DNA from: Nitrosopumilaceae archaeon
GTDB taxonomy: Archaea > Thermoproteota > Nitrososphaeria > Nitrososphaerales > Nitrosopumilaceae
NCBI GenBank assembly: GCA_965209085.1
Contig: OZ242376.1
Location: forward strand, 928,001-992,000
Length of the DNA: 64,000 nt
Direction of reading: 5' to 3'
Positions 19,449 to 29,328 of this stretch are shown piece after piece. The stretch's first letter is position 1, and each line of letters opens with the position of its first letter. Under the pieces are notes generated by a model that saw only the letters and a program-made list of their open reading frames with translations, searched no databases and had not been told where the DNA came from. Both the position numbers and the translations under genes were made by a program.

Positions 19449-20243
19449 ATGACTGCAATAGCAATACCGGATTCATGTCTTGTTGACGAACGTACCCAGG
19501 TTGACAAATCGCGCAAGTTATCCCAGTTTGCAAGAACGTGCGCAGTGTTTGGAGTAAATACAATATACGTGTACGAGGATGGCGGCTCAAATTCGGATTT
19601 GGATCTATTGGTTGTGATTTTACGCTACATGGAGACGCCTCCATTTTTACGAAGAAGGCTGTTTCCAAAAGTTTCCGAATTAAAATATGCTGGAATTTTA
19701 GCGCCATTAAACATACCCAGTCATTCCAGTCCGCCCAATCCAAAAAAAATATCCGCCGGTAACATCCGTTCTGGCATTGTCGTATCGCAAAGGGGGAAAA
19801 AATACCTGGACATTGGAACGCCAGAGCCCTTCCCATACAGGGGAAAAACCGAATCAGGCAGGCGTACGGCGATAAAATTCAAAGCCGGATATCCGGAATT
19901 TGTTTACGAAGAGGTGGAAGAGACTGATTATTCCGGATATAAAACGCGTGAGCGCGGCTCGCTTGCAAATATTATCAAATCATGGGAGGGTCCTGTCATA
20001 CTCACCTCAAGGAAGGGGCGCGCCATCACGTCAGGGGATGTTAAATCCTTTGTGGCATCCAAAGGAAAGACGCTTCTTGCGTTTGGAAGCACCGAGAGGG
20101 GCGTTGGTGAAATTCTTGGAGGCCATGTAAAAACAATGCAAAATGCAAAAACTTTGAATTTCTTCCCCGGACAAAAAACACAAACCGTGCGTCTTGAAGA
20201 GGCGATGTTTGGATGCCTTGCTGTGCTGCATTCGGGGGCATAA
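19449..20243 (+). CDS. SPOUT-family RNA methyltransferase (DUF171/MTH1-like)
   Basis: AIPDS, YMETPPFLRR, GILAPL, PGQKTQTVRLEEA; start at ATG 19449. Confidence 0.82.
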   Translation: MTAIAIPDSCLVDERTQVDKSRKLSQFARTCAVFGVNTIYVYEDGGSNSDLDLLVVILRYMETPPFLRRRLFPKVSELKYAGILAPLNIPSHSSPPNPKKISAGNIRSGIVVSQRGKKYLDIGTPEPFPYRGKTESGRRTAIKFKAGYPEFVYEEVEETDYSGYKTRERGSLANIIKSWEGPVILTSRKGRAITSGDVKSFVASKGKTLLAFGSTERGVGEILGGHVKTMQNAKTLNFFPGQKTQTVRLEEAMFGCLAVLHSGA

Positions 20244-20251
20244 GATAACCC

Positions 20252-20359
20252 ATGGAGGGGAGACCATTTTTGCTGCTAGCGATAGGACTTGGAGCGTTTG
20301 GCGTTTGTGCCGGAGCCATCACCATATACTGGATGATTGAAAATATTTTACAACCCTAG
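20252..20359 (+). CDS. Small membrane protein (35 aa; not in ORF track)
   Basis: MEGRPFLLLAIGLGAFGVCAGAITIYWMIENILQP*, 8 nt after the methyltransferase stop. Confidence 0.6.
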   Translation: MEGRPFLLLAIGLGAFGVCAGAITIYWMIENILQP

Positions 20360-20570
20360 ATATTCGTCTTTGTTAGAGCGGAACTTTTTGCTTTCATCAT
20401 AACCGGGGTTAACATTTGATGCGATCTGGCAAGATTTCATTAAAACGGCTCTGAGCAAAAGCTTTTTTGGTCGTTTACGTTTATGATCTAAAAGATTTAC
20501 GGTATGTTTTTGATTTTAATCATGACTAGCGATTTAATTTTAGAAACTCTAAAATAGAAATATCAGAGTT

Positions 20571-21272
20571 TTGAAATTGATGATTCATAAGACAAGTTAT
20601 CAATCAATTCTGATAAATGATTTACTTGGACGATCACTAAATAATGTTGAAGCGAAATTTGCACCAAAGATGATTTTCTGCAAAGGTTCTATGGAAATCC
20701 CCATACCATGTCCAAGAGTCTCCATTATTGGTTCTAGAAAGGCATCAGATAGAGGACTTTTAGAAGCTAGAGAAATTTCAAAGATTTTGGTTGAAAATAA
20801 AACAACAATAGTAAGTGGACTTGCAAAAGGCATTGATACGGCAGGACATAAAACTGCTATAGAATATGGCGGTAGAACTATTGCAGTAATCGGAACTCCA
20901 TTAAACAAAGTATACCCAAAAGAAAATTCCAAGTTACAGGAAGAAATTATGAAAAATCATCTAGGTATTTCACAATATCCAGTTGGTCATTCAACTGTAC
21001 CTAAAGATTTTGTATTACGAAATCTAACTATGGCACTAATCTCAGATGCTACTGTTATTGTAGAAGCAGGAGAATCAAGCGGTTCATTGCATCAAGGCTG
21101 GGAAACGCTAAGAATAGGCAAACCGTTGTTTATTTGTAAAGATATGGTTGATGATGATAAATTAAAATGGCCAAAAGAAATGATACGGTATGGAGCTATG
21201 AGGCTTGATAATTCAACAGATATTTTAAAAAATTTACCAACAAATATTAAAATGCCAGAATTGTTTCAATAA
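20571..21272 (+). CDS. dprA: DprA/Smf-family (SLOG) protein
   Basis: VSIIGSRKAS, VSGLAKGIDT..H, TIAVIGT, YPKEN, F..RN..MA, VEAGESSGS. Confidence 0.88.
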   Translation: MKLMIHKTSYQSILINDLLGRSLNNVEAKFAPKMIFCKGSMEIPIPCPRVSIIGSRKASDRGLLEAREISKILVENKTTIVSGLAKGIDTAGHKTAIEYGGRTIAVIGTPLNKVYPKENSKLQEEIMKNHLGISQYPVGHSTVPKDFVLRNLTMALISDATVIVEAGESSGSLHQGWETLRIGKPLFICKDMVDDDKLKWPKEMIRYGAMRLDNSTDILKNLPTNIKMPELFQ

Positions 21273-21281
21273 GGACTTGAA

Positions 21282-21416
21282 ATGAAGATATCCGAAATAA
21301 AATTTGGTTCATTATCAACTTTTACGCCAAAAACAGTAATTTCAACTGTGATTCATTTTATCCTAAATTTGCCTCAAATTCACGATAAATCCGAACAGAT
21401 CAATATGCCTCAATAG
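21282..21416 (+). pseudogene. Probable truncated 5' remnant of the DprA partner gene
   Basis: Starts 9 nt after dprA (MKISEIKFGSLSTFTPK...) and ends after 44 codons. Confidence 0.35.
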
Positions 21417-21440
21417 GATCACAATTGAGAGTGTTCACCC

Positions 21441-22140
21441 GGCTCTGTCCATGAATAAAATCAAAAACATACCATAAAGCTTTTAGATCATGAACGTAAA
21501 TGACCGAAAAAGCTTTGGATCAGTAGATCAGAGCCAATGTAATGAAATCAACAAAGCACAAACGACGAGGAAATCTTGCCAGATCACACCAAATGTTAAC
21601 CTCGATTATAATGAAAGCAAAAAATCAAGTGGTAAAGCCATGGAAACCAAGTCCGTTAGGACAAACCGGCTTTGACCACCTATCTTTCACGTAACATATG
21701 CACATTCGTAGAAAAGATCGGACAAATTCCTGTAATAATGCCAAGAAAAGGTGTTCGCGTACGTGGATTTGACGCAATGGGCAAAGATGGCATCATGATA
21801 ATCCTGATGAATTTCTATCCATATACTGCAAACGCAGCAACGTAGAGGCCACGTTTTCATCCATGAAGAGAAGGTTTTCATCCACTCCGAGTGCCCGCAA
21901 ATTTGCAACACAGAAAATTGAATTGGGCTTCTTTGTCGTGCCATAATATTCACATTCTAGATGCCGCAGTCTAGATTCTGACACTTTGTGTCAGATATGA
22001 TCCTAGCGTATGCTATACTCTAAAACCCAATATTTGCAATACTGGCAAGATGAGCAGGGCTTGATAATGATGGACATGTTGTATAATTTTGAATGAATTT
22101 AATCGGATTTTTATAAAAAATGCTCATTCATGGACAGAGC
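21441..22140 (+). mobile_element. Internally deleted IS5/IS903-group element (non-autonomous)
   Basis: Both IRs present; ~21690-22140 closely matches ~36990-37458; transposase fragmented. Confidence 0.8.
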
Positions 22141-22186
22141 TCAATACACGATCACGCTTATATACAAAATACACATATTATATAAT

Positions 22187-25039
22187 ATGAATAATACTGT
22201 TCCAGCATTAACATTTTTTTTCACACTTTTATTAATCCCTGCAATTCCACCAAATTTTGCAGATACAAATGTAGACGAAGCACACAACATTGCGACACAG
22301 AAAATGATCCAGCGGCATATTAACCTGCAATTTGGAGCGAGTAATTCGCCTCCTGTAAACGCAACAGCCAACACACCATCGTACATACCAATAATATTTT
22401 CAGCCGTGGACAATGATACACTAGTGGTAGGCATAGATGCACGCGTACTATCTGAAAACATAACGTACACAGAACAGCAGATTGCAGATTATATTGGCAT
22501 CAACGCTTCAATTGATATCAAATACATGAGCATCTCTTCGGATTCTTTAAGGATTAATTCCAATGAAAATTTACATCTTGAATTCCTAGCCGATATTTGT
22601 CATCCAATCATAGCCCTTGATTTTGAAGACAAATGTGTGAAATTTTTTACAGAATTGACAGCTGGAAACGTACTGACCAAAAACAACCCCCTGTCGGGTC
22701 AAAACTCCCCTAGCATGAACAACCCATGCGATGATTCGCTTTCTAGTCTTGCTTGTTATTTTTATAACCAGTATATTGCAAAATGCATACCAACTTATAC
22801 CAGATCTAGATGTGCATCTTATGCTGCGTTCATTACAAACGGTGGATATACCCTCCCAACAAGCTCGACAATATCTGACACCGTACCTCCAGTTATTACC
22901 ATACCTGACGATATTGTAAAGGTTGTATCTGGCACTAGTGCATATGTGGATTATCAAGTAAGCGCAACTGATAATGTTGATGAGACAGTTTCTGTCACAT
23001 GCAACCCGTCTAATAATGTATTTCCACTTGGAACTACTAGGGTAACATGCAGTAGCATGGATACCTCACAAAATACCGCAAGAGAGTCTTTTACGGTAAC
23101 TGTTACACAAAACACGCTCCAGTCTTCTGATACGGTTGTGTTTTCAGATGATTTTGAAAACGGACTTTCCAAATGGGTCGTATCTGGTGAGCTAAGGTGG
23201 AGAACTGGTCAATTAGACGAGAATGTTGCAATTTCAGGACACACAATTTCAAACAACGTTGCAGAAGCTGATGACTGTGATCGAGAATGCATATTGGAAA
23301 TGAGAAACGGTGTTGATTTATCCGATGTTACTTCTGCAACCCTTGAATTTTACAGATTTGTGGACAATAGCTTGGACCGGGGAGAATATCTCAAAGTAGA
23401 GGCATATGATGGCACATCGTGGAATCAACTGGCAATATACGGAGATGATTATGATACTAACGATGATGCATGGCATTTTGAAACCTTGGATATCTCAGAT
23501 TATACAAACTCTGATTTTAAAGTAAGATTCATCGTACTTGCAAGTAGCAGATCCGAAGACGTGGGAGTGGATGAAATTGCCATACGTATTAGGACATCCG
23601 TAACAGATCTGCCAACCATATTCTCGGATGATTTTGAAAACGGATTGTCTAAATGGACAAAAACAGGTGACTACAACTGGAACGATGAAACATTAGATGA
23701 TGGTGTAATAATCGATGGTTTTGATATCTCAAATCTTGTCGCACAGGCAGATAACTGCGACAATGTGTGCTTTTTGACAATGGCACAATCTGTTGATTTT
23801 TCTTCGGCATCTTCAAAATCACTCATATTTGACAGATTTGTTGATTCATCTTTGGATAGAAATGAATATTTACGCGTTGATGCATATGATGGCATATCGT
23901 GGACATATTTGGAAACATATGGTGATAATAACAACAAAAATGACAAAGAATGGCATAATGAAATCATAGATTTATCCGCATACACAAATGATGATTTTAA
24001 GATAAGATTTGTCGCCCAGACTAGTAAAAGTAGCGAAGAGGTGGCAGTAGACAACATACAGTTAAAGACAGGTGATTCGATTTCCACAATACAATTATCA
24101 AACATCACAGTTTATGCCGCGGAGCATGAAAGTAAACGCGTATCTTACAATCTGAACGCGCAAGGTGCTGCATCCGATGTCACTGTAATAAGATGCGACC
24201 CGCCTAGCGGATCGATATTCTCATCAACAACATCGGTCGAATGTATCGTGGACAGCATATACGGACCGTTCAAATACTTGTTTACGGTTTTTTTCAAACC
24301 TCCAGTTGAAATCTATGGAGGAACACCACATGTATTTTATCCGTCTCCTACTGCTAATGGATCTGCGGGTACAATAACAACAGGAGTTACAACCACTAAT
24401 GGCCATCATGGTGTTGTAGTGGCAGGTCATACCATAAACGCACCACGCAACTTTTACGAACCAACGCACGTAATTCCATTGTCACATAATCTGGATGATT
24501 TATCTAATACAGTGGTATTTTCCACATTGAATGGAATTGGTACTACTATTGGAAATTATGACGCGGCATTTATTCGGACAAGTAATAGTGACACAACTGC
24601 ACCATTAAACCACGTACGAATGTTAAACGGTACTATATTCACTGTAACTCATGGCACTTTATCTGACGTGGAAGTTTTGTCCACGATTAACATATACGGC
24701 CAATATAATAATAGAGATGGGTTACTTATTTTCAAAAACGCAACATTAGATAATACTCGAGGAACATTGACTGAAATGGGAATTGGTAATTATAAATCTA
24801 TAGATGGCGATAGTGGTGGTCCTATTGTTTATCATGGAGATGGTGCCGTACTTGTGGGTTTACATGGTGGTTCTGTTTGTATATTTACGCCCGAAGATGC
24901 CAACACTATAGATGTCAGTAATTCATCATTTTGTAATTCAAATATTATTATCACATCTCAAAATGGCGATTACCACAATGTATATTATAAATACTTCAGC
25001 GCATGGGAAAACGTAAAAAATGGTCTCAACGTACGATAA
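22187..25039 (+). CDS. Secreted multidomain S1/chymotrypsin-like serine protease (signal peptide, HYR domain, two tandem beta-sandwich repeats, C-terminal protease domain)
   Basis: DTVPPVITIP/SATDNVD/FPLGTT HYR motif; two FSDDFENGLSKW repeats; catalytic motifs VVAGH, YDAAF, GDSGGP. Confidence 0.75.
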   Translation: MNNTVPALTFFFTLLLIPAIPPNFADTNVDEAHNIATQKMIQRHINLQFGASNSPPVNATANTPSYIPIIFSAVDNDTLVVGIDARVLSENITYTEQQIADYIGINASIDIKYMSISSDSLRINSNENLHLEFLADICHPIIALDFEDKCVKFFTELTAGNVLTKNNPLSGQNSPSMNNPCDDSLSSLACYFYNQYIAKCIPTYTRSRCASYAAFITNGGYTLPTSSTISDTVPPVITIPDDIVKVVSGTSAYVDYQVSATDNVDETVSVTCNPSNNVFPLGTTRVTCSSMDTSQNTARESFTVTVTQNTLQSSDTVVFSDDFENGLSKWVVSGELRWRTGQLDENVAISGHTISNNVAEADDCDRECILEMRNGVDLSDVTSATLEFYRFVDNSLDRGEYLKVEAYDGTSWNQLAIYGDDYDTNDDAWHFETLDISDYTNSDFKVRFIVLASSRSEDVGVDEIAIRIRTSVTDLPTIFSDDFENGLSKWTKTGDYNWNDETLDDGVIIDGFDISNLVAQADNCDNVCFLTMAQSVDFSSASSKSLIFDRFVDSSLDRNEYLRVDAYDGISWTYLETYGDNNNKNDKEWHNEIIDLSAYTNDDFKIRFVAQTSKSSEEVAVDNIQLKTGDSISTIQLSNITVYAAEHESKRVSYNLNAQGAASDVTVIRCDPPSGSIFSSTTSVECIVDSIYGPFKYLFTVFFKPPVEIYGGTPHVFYPSPTANGSAGTITTGVTTTNGHHGVVVAGHTINAPRNFYEPTHVIPLSHNLDDLSNTVVFSTLNGIGTTIGNYDAAFIRTSNSDTTAPLNHVRMLNGTIFTVTHGTLSDVEVLSTINIYGQYNNRDGLLIFKNATLDNTRGTLTEMGIGNYKSIDGDSGGPIVYHGDGAVLVGLHGGSVCIFTPEDANTIDVSNSSFCNSNIIITSQNGDYHNVYYKYFSAWENVKNGLNVR

Positions 25040-26336
25040 ACTCTCAATTATCATAGTAGGGATTATCATATCGGCCGCATTTGGTTTTGTATTTCTAATA
25101 TCAGAATACGATTTAAAATTACAGCTTGAAGATAATACAGAACAATCTGTTTCTGAAACAAACAATATAGAACAATATATCTCCAAAGCAAACAATACAG
25201 AACAATCTGTTTCCAAAGCAAACAATATACTTGCCATAAATTTGTACAAAATGCTCGAATCCGACGGTAATAAAAATATCTTTTTTTCACCCACAAGCAT
25301 ATTTGTAGGCATGATGATGGCATACGAGGGTACAAGAAACAATACTGCATTGCAGATGGAAGACGCACTTGACATATCTTCTGATGATAATTCACGCAGA
25401 AATGAAATAAAAGATCTAGTGGAGAGCCTTACAAACCCAAACTCAGATTATGATTTGGACATAAAAAACTCCCTGTGGGTTAGAGATAGTTTTCCAATAC
25501 TCCCCGAATATACCGATACGATGGCTGTCCATTACAACAATACCGTTGGTTCATTTAATGTACAAAGTTCTGATAAAATTAACAAATGGATGAATGATTC
25601 AACAAGGGGAAAGATACCTAAAATAGTAAACTATACGACACTATCGGATCCTGATTTGAATTTCATGATTGTCAACACGATTTTTTTTGATGGATCCTGG
25701 ATGAATGAATTCAAAGTAATAGATTCATATCAAAGTCAACACTCTTACATTGATTTTTGGATAAACAACGTTGAATTTGTAAGAACTAACTCGATGGTGC
25801 GTTCCGGTGAGTTTCAATACAGGCAAATCGACAATGTACAAATACTAAAACTCCCGTACAAGTCTGATCCGCAACGTCTGTCTATGGTAATAGTTCTTCC
25901 CGAAGAGAGGTACGGTATTGCTAAACTTGAAGAAAGACTTACAGCAGAGATATTTGCTGCGTGGGTAGATAGCACAGAGCTACAGAACAGCATTCAAGTG
26001 GTCATACCACCATTCAAATTAGATACAGAATATTCTGGATCGTTAATATCATCATTAAAAAAACTTGGAATAACTGATGCATTTGATAAAAAAAATTCCA
26101 ACATGTTGAATATGTCACCTGCACCTGAATTAAGCATCGACGATATGATTCACAGAGCATTTTTAAACGTGCATGAAAAAGGAACCGTTCCAGCGGATCC
26201 ACTTGTTGTGATGTTTGATGTTTTGAGATTAGCCACAAACACATTCAAAGTGGATCATCCGTTTATATTTGCAATATGGGATGATCAGACTAAAACCATT
26301 TTATTTATGGGTCGAATCTCAGATCCTACCGCATAA
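25020..26336 (+). CDS. Serpin, membrane-anchored/secreted (copy 1)
   Basis: NIFFSPTSI, INKWM...TRGKI, IVNTIFF.GSW, LPYK, SMVIVLP, F.VDHPFIFAI, ILFMGRI.DP. Confidence 0.92.
   Translation: MVSTYDKLSIIIVGIIISAAFGFVFLISEYDLKLQLEDNTEQSVSETNNIEQYISKANNTEQSVSKANNILAINLYKMLESDGNKNIFFSPTSIFVGMMMAYEGTRNNTALQMEDALDISSDDNSRRNEIKDLVESLTNPNSDYDLDIKNSLWVRDSFPILPEYTDTMAVHYNNTVGSFNVQSSDKINKWMNDSTRGKIPKIVNYTTLSDPDLNFMIVNTIFFDGSWMNEFKVIDSYQSQHSYIDFWINNVEFVRTNSMVRSGEFQYRQIDNVQILKLPYKSDPQRLSMVIVLPEERYGIAKLEERLTAEIFAAWVDSTELQNSIQVVIPPFKLDTEYSGSLISSLKKLGITDAFDKKNSNMLNMSPAPELSIDDMIHRAFLNVHEKGTVPADPLVVMFDVLRLATNTFKVDHPFIFAIWDDQTKTILFMGRISDPTA
25132..25228 (+). repeat. Degenerate 30-bp tandem repeat in serpin N-terminal linker
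   Basis: NTEQSVSETN / NIEQYISKAN / NTEQSVSKAN; also present in copy 2. Confidence 0.7.
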
Positions 26337-26512
26337 TGTCCGTTTAATGGACTGAAAACATGCAAGTCCGATGCACTTGAAGTGTTGGCAGATCCATGAG
26401 TTCGTGGTCCGTGAGACCTTTAGAGTAAGTGAGAGTATCTGTGCTATTGTGTTCCTGAGTTTTGAGCCCTGATAGGTGAGTGCAGCTTTTCAGCCGACAA
26501 AGGAAAAAGGAG

Positions 26513-27553
26513 GTGAAAAACATTGGAATTGACATTGGAAAAAAGACATGCGTAGTGTGTATTGTAGATGATTTTGGTAAAATACTAGAGGAGACAAAAT
26601 ACAACAATACCAGAAAAGATGCCAAAAAATTTGCCATGCGTGTCAAAAAAAAGTACAAAGCGTGCAGAGCAGTATGCGAATCCACCGCCAACATGTGGAT
26701 AAAGACATCGAAGAATTTGAAGTTCAGAAAATATCTATAAAACTAGCAAATCCGTTTAAAACAAAGGCTATAGCACAGGCAAAAATAAAGACCGACAAGC
26801 TTGATGCAAGTCTTGGCACAACTGTGCAGAACGGATTTTGTGGCCGAATGCTATGTGGTATCTATAAGAAATCCTGCGAAAATCGGGATCTTCTCAGGCA
26901 TAGAATACGACTAGTGGAAGATCAGACAAAAGTAAAAGCAAGAGTAATCAGCATACTGGACAAATACGACTTAACCAATACAGAAAAGCACGTTTGGCGT
27001 ACATGGTATTGCATGGCTCAAAAAACAACAATACGATAACGGCAAAGGCAAGGCGATAATATTATCATGCATAAGACAGATTGAGCATATAGATTCAGAG
27101 ATTGGTATGACAGAAGAACTCATCAGAGCAGAAGCAAAACATGACCAGTACGCCAAAACAATGAGTATGATCGGATTTGATTATTTTGGAGCCATGCTGC
27201 TTGCAACGGAAATTGATCGCATTGACAGATTTGATACGCCAAAACAACTTGTCTCATGGTCTGGTATGTGTCCTACAGTACACCAGTCTGGAGATTCGTT
27301 ATATCATGGCAAGATGAAAAAAGATTCAAACCGTAAAGTGAACTGGATGTTGACGCAGGCTGCAAACTCTACGATAAGAGCGGATGGGAGGATGAAAAAA
27401 TACTATCAACGCATACACAAAAAACATCCACACTCGGTGGCAGTAACACACGTTGCAAACAAAATGATAACGATAATCTGGCACATGCTGACAAACGATA
27501 AACCATACGATGTAAAACCAAAACTCTACGCTCAAAAGATCAACTGTGCATAA
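26513..27553 (+). pseudogene. IS110-family transposase, frameshifted, with ~170 nt 5' non-coding end
   Basis: IGIDIGKK, CESTA, KTDKLDA, GMCPTVHQSG spread over several frames. Confidence 0.85.
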
Positions 27554-27574
27554 GGATTAGGCTGATTGGCAACG

Positions 27575-27940
27575 AGGAATCAACCATTGTGTCCGGATTG
27601 CTTACATAGGTGTTTTTCTGAAAGATGGCATTCTCTGCCAAGATGTTTATGTTGTATATGGAGGTTAGTCCATCCTCCATTACCCTGTATGAGTCATTGG
27701 CATATTGTTGTCTCTTTTACACCAAATTCCTCGCCAATCTCCTCCATTGTTTTGCCCTGTTTTCTTTTAATCCATGAGAGAAGACGCTGTTTTTGCAACT
27801 GGAATCTTTTCTTTTGCATGACAATTTCCAAGATATGCGTTGAGTTGTTTGCTTAGATTGTCCATATTGTGATGGATGTTGTACCGATCAAAAAGTTTTA
27901 CTGTTTATGCAATATGAAAAGACTTTTGCTCATGACTATA
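27575..27940 (-). pseudogene. IS630-family 5' remnant (HTH region)
   Basis: Minus strand QRLLSWIKRKQGKTMEEIGEEFGVKETTICQ*L...GRECHLS; TATAGT-type end near 27940. Confidence 0.5.
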
Positions 27941-27999
27941 GGGTCTGCCAACACTTCAAGTGCATCGGACTTGCATGTTTTCAGTCCATTAAACGGACA

Positions 28000-29328
28000 T
28001 TATGCGGTAGGATCTGAGATTCGACCCATAAATAAAATGGTTTCAGTCTGATCATCCCATATTGCAAATATAAACGGATGATCCGCTTTGAATATGATTG
28101 AGGAGAATCTCAAAACATCCTCCATCGCAGCAGGTGGATCCGCTGGAACGGTTCCTTTTTCATGCACGTTTAAAAATGCTCTGTGAATCATATCGTCGAT
28201 GCTTAATTCAGGTGCAGGTGACATATTCAACATGTTGGAATTTTTTTTATCAAATGCATCAGTTATTCCAAGTTTTTTTAATGATGATATTAACGATCCA
28301 GAATATTCTGTATCTAATTTGAATGTTGGTATGATCACTTGAATGCTGTTCTGTAGCTCTGTGCTATCTATCCACGCAACAAATATCTCTGCTGTAAGTC
28401 TTTCTTCAAGTTTAGCAATACCGTACCTCTCTTCGGGAAGAACTATTACCATAGACAGACGTTGCGGATCAGACTTGTACGGGAGTTTTAGTATTTGTAC
28501 ATTGTCGATTTGTCTGTATTGTACATTCTCAAATTGTCTGTATTGTGCACCACCGGCACGCACCATCACGTTAGTTTTTACAGATTCAACATTGTTTATC
28601 CAAAAATCAACGTAGCCTATTCTATCTTCTGCTATGAATTCATCCATCCAGGATCCATAAAAAAAAATCGTGTTGACAATCATGAAATTCAAATCAGGAT
28701 CCGATAGTGTCGTATAGTTTACTATTTTAGGTATCTTTCCCCTTGTTGAATCATTCATCCATTTGTTAATTTTATCAGAACTTTGTGCATTAAATGAACC
28801 AACGGTATTGTTGTAATGGACAGCCATCGTATCGGTGTATTCGGGGAGTATTGGAAAACTATCTCTAACCCACAGGGAGTTTTTTATGTCCAAATCATAA
28901 TCTGAGTTTGGGTTTGTAAGGCTCTCCACTAGATCTATTATTTCATTTCTGCGTGAATTATCATCAGAAGATATGTCAAGTGCGTCTTCCATCTGCAATG
29001 CAGTATTGTTTCTTGTACCCTCGTATGCCATCATCATGCCTACAAATATGCTTGTGGGTGAAAAAAAGATATTTTTATTACCGTCGGATTCGAGCATTTT
29101 GTACAAATTTATGGCAAGTATATTGTTTGCTTTGGAAACAGATTGTTCTGTATTGTTTGCTTTGGAGATATATTGTTCTATATTGTTTGTTTCAGAAACA
29201 GATTGTTCTGTATTATCTTCAAGCTGTAATTTTAAATCGTATTCTGATATTAGAAATACAAAACCAAATGCGGCCGATATGATAATCCCTACTATGATAA
29301 TTGAGAGTTTATCGTATGTTGAGACCAT
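28000..29328 (-). CDS. Serpin (copy 2, variant reactive-centre loop)
   Basis: Near-identical to 25020-26336 except two variable blocks. Confidence 0.92.
   Translation of the reverse strand: MVSTYDKLSIIIVGIIISAAFGFVFLISEYDLKLQLEDNTEQSVSETNNIEQYISKANNTEQSVSKANNILAINLYKMLESDGNKNIFFSPTSIFVGMMMAYEGTRNNTALQMEDALDISSDDNSRRNEIIDLVESLTNPNSDYDLDIKNSLWVRDSFPILPEYTDTMAVHYNNTVGSFNAQSSDKINKWMNDSTRGKIPKIVNYTTLSDPDLNFMIVNTIFFYGSWMDEFIAEDRIGYVDFWINNVESVKTNVMVRAGGAQYRQFENVQYRQIDNVQILKLPYKSDPQRLSMVIVLPEERYGIAKLEERLTAEIFVAWIDSTELQNSIQVIIPTFKLDTEYSGSLISSLKKLGITDAFDKKNSNMLNMSPAPELSIDDMIHRAFLNVHEKGTVPADPPAAMEDVLRFSSIIFKADHPFIFAIWDDQTETILFMGRISDPTA

Larger units (their letters stand above)
24388..26392 (+). repeat. 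Arm 1 of ~2 kb inverted duplication (protease domain + serpin + ~55 bp)
   Basis: Reverse complement of 27944-29954. Confidence 0.9.
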
